Source: Selaginella moellendorffii
Taxonomy: Eukaryota; Plantae; Lycopodiophyta
Reading direction: 5' to 3'
Assembly (NCBI RefSeq): GCF_000143415.4
Contig: NW_003314560.1
Span: 1 to 13,035 of the forward strand
Length of the DNA stretch: 13,035 nucleotides
Under the pieces are notes generated by a model, which searched no databases, had not been told where the DNA came from, and was given only the letters and a program-made list of their open reading frames with translations. Shown piece by piece: positions 8,262-13,035 of the stretch. The translations under genes and the position numbers were made by a program. Every line of letters starts with the position of its first letter. Position 1 is the stretch's first letter.

Positions 8262-9112
8262 ATACCCAGTGTTGGGTGATGAACTGACCACTGGGAAGTC
8301 CAAGACTAGAGTGAATACGGACCGACAAGTGGGGTAGCTTGGTAAAGTGTTCAAGAGCCAGCTCTAGTTCCCCCGGGAGATCGAATGGCCGATGCTCCCA
8401 GTCCAAGTGTGGGTGGCACTACCTACTTGGATACCTGGCATGGCTCAACAGGAACCTCGCTCTAAGCCCATGGCTAGAGCACCCAAATGCGGAAGGCGGG
8501 GAGAGTACCCATGAGGCCTGCGTAGGGCCACGGTGTTCCGAAATGGTGTCCTAAAGTCCCAGACTGTGGAAAGGAAGAGGAGTAGCCCTCTGGTGTGGTG
8601 ACCAAAGACACAGTCACACGGTGAAGCAATCCTAGAGGATAGAGGGACTTAGTGGTCGGGCCGGTGGGCCTTGATCCAATGGCAGTGTTGGCAAACACGG
8701 CCAAAGACAGAAAGGGACTTGGTGGGGACCGGAACAGAGATATTGGGGAAGGCTATTCCCCATGTCTATAGGCATCCTAAGGATGTTAAGGAGTGAATCT
8801 GGGATGATCACTCATGGACGGATGACCCAGTCTTTGAGAGATGGGTTTGGAATGTAGGTGGTGTTGGACCACCAATGTGACCAAGGTGAATGGACATGGC
8901 CTTAGCGTAACGGGCCAATATGTCGGTGGTACCTTGGGGTGTCGATCATGGGATCGGACACGTGGAGCACTTGGACCAAGTGCTAAGGTTGAGTGGCATG
9001 GATGCCATTTTCGGGGCTACCAAGCCCCAAGTCCTGAATGGGACTTATGGAGGTTGTGAATGAGACTCTTCCAAGTGGTCAGAAGTGGGATTAAGTGAGC
9101 CCGGGTAGGTTT

Positions 9113-9156
9113 TGAGCTCATGAGCTCACGAGCTGAGCTCATGAGCTGAGCTCACG
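9113..9156. repeat. Cluster of palindromic TGAGCTCA/GAGCT units
   Basis: TGAGCTCATGAGCTCACGAGCTGAGCTCATGAGCTGAGCTCACG. Confidence 0.85.
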
Positions 9157-9394
9157 GCTTCTCAAACACAAGAAAAACATTGGTTCGTCCCGAACCAACA
9201 TCTTTCCATTCTTCAAATTTTGATTTAATCTATATTTCCAAGTAAATTTGACTAATAAAATACAAATATAAATATAGATCCGAACACTAAAAGCAATCTA
9301 AAAACACTTCTCAAGCTCCGCAACTGTAAGGCTTGCCTGGTGGATGTGATGGTCGATCTTAGGATCTTGGTTTAGTTCCTGCATAAAAATGTAA

Positions 9395-9495
9395 TAGATG
9401 TGCTTGCAGGCTAAATATACCTTTCCCCTGTTCTCCCGCTGTGTAAAATCTGGACAGGTACAGGATGGATTTTCGCAGATTTTAACAGTGTAGCT
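9395..9495 (-). other. SWIM zinc finger (CxC-x15-CxH)
   Basis: YTVKICENPSCTCPDFTQRENRGKVYLACKHIYYIF. Confidence 0.92.
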
Positions 9496-11774
9496 CGTAC
9501 CCTTTGATGACTCAGTCACAATAATAAACTCCTTAGCCATAGCACTGATGTAGTTTGTCTTTGTGATTGTGCACTTTAGCTCTTTTGCCAGCTTGATCTT
9601 CTCTTGTGCACCTTTTGAAATGGAAGACCTGTATTGTATAGCCTTCCCATTCCTAGCTGGTCGTGTATGCCGGTCTAGTGTTGATATTGGTGGCATAGCA
9701 GTACTAACAGCAACATTTGAGGAAGTCTTTAGCTTGAAACCTGCTCTCTCCAGACTTTCAATCTCTTCTTTCAAAAGATTGCAGCTTCGCTCAACTGGCC
9801 ACTCCTCTGGCACAGAATCTGGCTTCAAAATAATTGAGCTGTGGATCCGGCTTGTATGAGTAACATCAGTCCCACAACAGTAGATCCAGCTTGACTGGCG
9901 GCCCTTCACTCCTAGATCTCGACAACCCCAGAAACATGGCACTGCTGAAGAACTTGAACCTGAGCGCACAAAAGCGAGACACTGACCTCGACTCCCAATC
10001 ATTCCAGAGCAACGTGCATTGCTCTTGGCACTGACTCTTCGAATTGCCCAGTTGATACGAGAAACTGGCTCGCGAGAAATAACCTTTTCAACCTCTAGCA
10101 CTGGACTTACTTGTGTAACAACTGGCACCTCCTCCACTCCATGTTCCTTAGTTCTTTTCCGGTGTCGTGGAACAGAATGGTAGTCAAACTCTGGACGGTG
10201 AGAGCTAGAAGGAGTGATGTTTGACCCATCAAATGTCTGTCGACGCTTCATACGGGCTGTTCTCATGTCCCCAAGTGGCTCATAACTTGATTTCATAGGA
10301 GTTCCAGCAACAACTTCCTCCACCATCTTGGACATTGACCCTGCTGCTGGTGTTGTCCTTCTACCAACCCGCTCTTGAAGCCTGTCTAAGTTCGGACCTG
10401 TACCAACAAACCTTGCTTCCTGTGCAGCCAAAGCTTTTGATGATTGCTCAAGAGATCTAGTGAGGTCGGAGAGTGTAGCTTCATAGAGGGACACTTTTCC
10501 TTTCCCTGCTTCGGAAGCTCTCCAACTCCAATGTTTGCTCTCAGAGAGATTAATTGTTGGTGTAAGTGCAATATCATCAAGTGGTTGATCCTACAAAAAA
10601 TGCAACATTTGAATGTGACAAGAAAGAAAATGAGAGAAAGCTTACATGGAGAGTATAATGACCCCACTGAAACATTCGAACTTCCCACCATGCAAGCCAG
10701 CATTCCATTTGTGGAAGGTTTTCAATTGGCACTTTGTCTCCTTCACGCCACCATATGCGCATTTCATTTGCCTTTGCCTCATGCTCCTCTTTAGTTGGTG
10801 CATCCATCCATTTCCGACAAAGCTGCTTGAACTCGTGATGGAAGGTAGACTTGATGCATCGGCAATGTTCATTGACGCTCTTTGCCCAATGAAACTCACA
10901 ACTCTTCTCTCTACCTTGTAATGGCTGACTTTTATCACCTCCGAATACTTGTCGTACAGCCAACCAGTTAGCACCAGCTGCATCTGCCATGAAACCACGG
11001 AAGTTGGGTTTCTTCCCGGTTCGCTGTTCAACAACCTCGGACATACATGTCCAAAAGATGGTTTGTGCTTGAAAATCTTGAACCTTGAATTCGGCTATAG
11101 CTATAGTCAAATTGCACTGCAACCTATAAAAGGAATGGTTATAATGTAAATTGGTATAGATCCTTAAAAAATGAAAAGCCACTTACTTGTGATCATAAAC
11201 ATGAGCTCCCATTGTTTACCAGCCTGAAACTCGTTCCATATGGTCAAAATGGATCCAGGAATTAGCTAAATCCCCATCTCCATCCATATCCATTCGTTGT
11301 ACAAGGTCCACACCAGAAGCAGGACCAAGGGTAGACATCTTAAAGATGAAAGGGCGTTGATTGTTCGAAGTCACTTGGCCAACGAATAAGCTCCCATGAA
11401 TAAACTCATAGGGACATTTTCTCTTTAGCTCCAAAATCCCATCCAATCTAGATTGAAGCTTTCCATCTCGCCCTTCTCGCATCCAGTTCTTTATTCTACA
11501 AAAAAAAGAGTGTTATTAGTGATAAAGTAGAGTTAAGTGTTAATTTTATACCTGTTTAAATTTGTCATAGGTTCTATATTTCGAAGAAGGTCCTTCAAGC
11601 TATTCTCCGTGAACTCTTTTTGGCTATCAGATTGTAACAACATGTCCACCACATAATCCTTTAGTATAGATTGTTGAACACACTTTGGAGTTGCTGCACT
11701 TTTCTTCCTAGCCTCTGTAGTAACAGCAGTCTTCAAATTGCGAAAAGAATCACGGCGGATTCCTTCCTCAATTG

Positions 11775-12095
11775 CGTGTTGGTGGTATCCAATATGCACT
11801 GCTGCTCTGCCTAAACATCCATCCCGTGGAAGAAAATAATACATTTTTGCATCGCAACATGCTTGACACACAGGTGTTGCCCCGCATTTGCGACATCTAA
11901 ATCCTGTAGCAACTTCATCACGCCTAGGGGGATTGATTGCTGAGCCTTCAAAGAAACACATATTCTTGCCATGATCAGAAATGCATTTCTCAGTGACACA
12001 CTGAAGCTGTCCACCGCAATGGACTATGGACACAGATCCATCGAAATGAGAGAAGTGGGTCGTCTTTACTCTGCACCAATTATGTGGATCAAGAC
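11775..12095 (-). other. GCM-like (WRKY-GCM1 superfamily) zinc DNA-binding domain
   Basis: DPHNW...HCGGQLQCVTEKC...CRKC...C...CDAKMYYF...RAAVHIGYHQH. The W, CxGxxxC, CxxC and terminal GxHxH pattern resembles GCM-type domains found N-terminal to MULE cores. Confidence 0.62.
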
Positions 12096-13035
12096 GTGTT
12101 TCCATACCCCTTTTCCTACTTGACGAACTTGCTAGTGGAAACTCGAAGAATATATTCCCATTATAGGAAGAAGGAAGCTCCTCACCTCTCATGTACTGGA
12201 ACTCCTTCAATTCCAACCGTAATGATCGAGATTGCCGAAATGCCTTATCCACCACTTCAAAAACTGGTCCAGAAGGAACACACCTACTTGTCTAGGAAGC
12301 TATGTCAGGAAGCTCATCTTCTTCATTTTCGTCACTGGAGAGAATAATAACTTCATCCTTCACTCTTTGCACAATTGGCTGTGAAACTGATGCGCTCTCC
12401 TCTCCTCGCTTCGGAGATCCTGTAACTAAAATCTCTTGACCTGTACATCTATCAAGATCCCATTGAATCCCATTCTCTCCCACACCACTGTCGAGAAGAA
12501 TGGATTTTTCTATCTGATTACCCTTATCACGACATACATTCTCCAAACTAACTGATCCTGGCTTCAGCTTGAATCTTCTGCAGAGGAAGTTCTCTCCTAT
12601 AACACTCCTAGAGAAAACAATTGGAGGCTCTTGATCGAACTTCAAATAGAATTCTCTCATATCTTCTCCTTGCTCGAGCACTTAGAAAAAAATTTGGGGA
12701 GAAACTGACAAGAAAGAACAAAGATATTCTTCTGTAGTGTGAGCATTAATTAGCTATGTCCTTGCAAAGGACAAGTTAATTATTTTAACAAAATATACAA
12801 CCGTTTAGAATCTAGAGAGATATGAGAATCTTAAAGAGCCGCCCATATTAATTGTATAATTGATTGTGAGAGGAATAATAATGTTGAAATGAATGTGGTT
12901 ATGAGTGAGAAGCGCCAATTAATCACAAAAGTTGTAGCATTGATTTTTTGTTCTCCCTCTCATTTCCATACTCTCTTCCCTTCAAGAGAGTTTCATTCTT
13001 TTGTGACGAGTGAGAGAGACTCAAGCTCGAAAAGG

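Larger units (their letters stand above)
7400..9200. mobile_element. GC-rich non-coding block, probably a nested insertion (possible LTR-retrotransposon 3' fragment)
   Basis: GC content rises relative to the AT-rich flanks. The block holds several tandem repeats and no copy of the 22-bp palindrome. A PPT-like tract (AG8AGGG, 8132-8144) is followed by TG at 8146, and the block ends ...CCAACA at 9200. No TSD, PBS or coding remnant was found. Confidence 0.4.
9298..12660 (-). pseudogene. MULE/Mutator-family DDE transposase with GCM/WRKY-like Zn DNA-binding region and C-terminal SWIM finger; two premature stops
   Basis: Exons (minus strand) 12660-11552, 11495-11187, 11123-10646 and 10590-9298 total 3189 nt. 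The GT-AG introns are 56, 63 and 55 nt and keep the frame. Catalytic candidates: WIHFDH (D 11245-11243), FMAD (D 10984-10982), CEFHW (10900-10886) and TINLSESKH (E 10542-10540). SWIM: YTVKICENPSCTCPDF...ACKHIY. In-frame TAG at 12294-12292 and TAA at 11218-11216, with the frame continuing past each. The start ATG is uncertain because an acceptor-like site at 12681 suggests an upstream exon. Confidence 0.87.
1..13035. mobile_element. Large two-gene Mutator-like (MULE) DNA transposon, termini not defined within the window
   Basis: MULE DDE/SWIM transposase on the minus strand converges on a large accessory gene on the plus strand, as in the mudrA/mudrB layout. The left end is rich in repeats and palindromes. 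No convincing TIR/TSD pair was found, so the boundaries, and the membership of both genes in one element, are inferred. Confidence 0.6.

Noticed and set aside
7384-8354. Long ORFs on both strands (RWSP, HLGL, SDSI and SRTP repeats)
   Set aside because: These are by-products of a stop-poor 11/12-bp minisatellite. The mixed unit lengths shift frames constantly, which argues against coding.
8994-9007. TGGCATGGATGCCA as another copy of the 22-bp motif
   Set aside because: The spacing is wrong (no 6-nt spacer) and the arms are shorter, so it is probably chance.
8146-9200. Complete solo LTR (TG...CA)
   Set aside because: The terminal inverted bases do not match beyond TG/CA, and there is no flanking TSD or PBS. 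It is kept only as a low-confidence possibility.
9180-9215. Helitron 3' end
   Set aside because: A hairpin is present, but there is no CTRR terminus at the expected distance and no Rep/helicase remnant.
12-12806. Possible TIR relic: TCTAG..TCTAACGGTTG (12-33) versus the inverse CAACCGTTTAGAATCTAGA (~12798-12816)
   Set aside because: The match is only ~11 bp with an indel and does not extend. AACGG is a common MYB/MSA-type motif, and no TSD is visible.

Overview
Eukaryotic DNA, probably from a non-seed land plant. The 47-63 nt GT-AG introns are Selaginella-like (inference). The window appears to be most of one large two-gene Mutator-like (MULE) DNA transposon with convergent genes. Minus strand (12660->9298): a 4-exon MULE transposase with a GCM/WRKY-like Zn DNA-binding region, a D..D..CxxH..E catalytic core and a C-terminal SWIM finger, broken by two in-frame stops. 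Plus strand (1195->6845): the separate ORF-track pieces join through 10 canonical introns into one uninterrupted ~1649-aa protein. It carries a ParB/Srx(DGQHR)-like domain, a degenerate N6/N4 DNA-methyltransferase-like domain, a long acidic tract, Pro/Thr repeats and an FCP1/NIF-type HAD phosphatase domain. About 15 copies of a 22-bp spaced palindrome, ATGGCRTG-N6-CAYGCCAT, lie upstream of this gene, in its introns, in one exon and just downstream, but I found none in the transposase half. I propose a transposon-encoded 'ParB-like effector plus parS-like palindromic sites' system, possibly for anti-silencing or chromatin control. A GC-rich, repeat-laden ~1.8 kb block between the genes looks like a separate insertion. 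All domain calls are by-eye motif matches; no database search was run.
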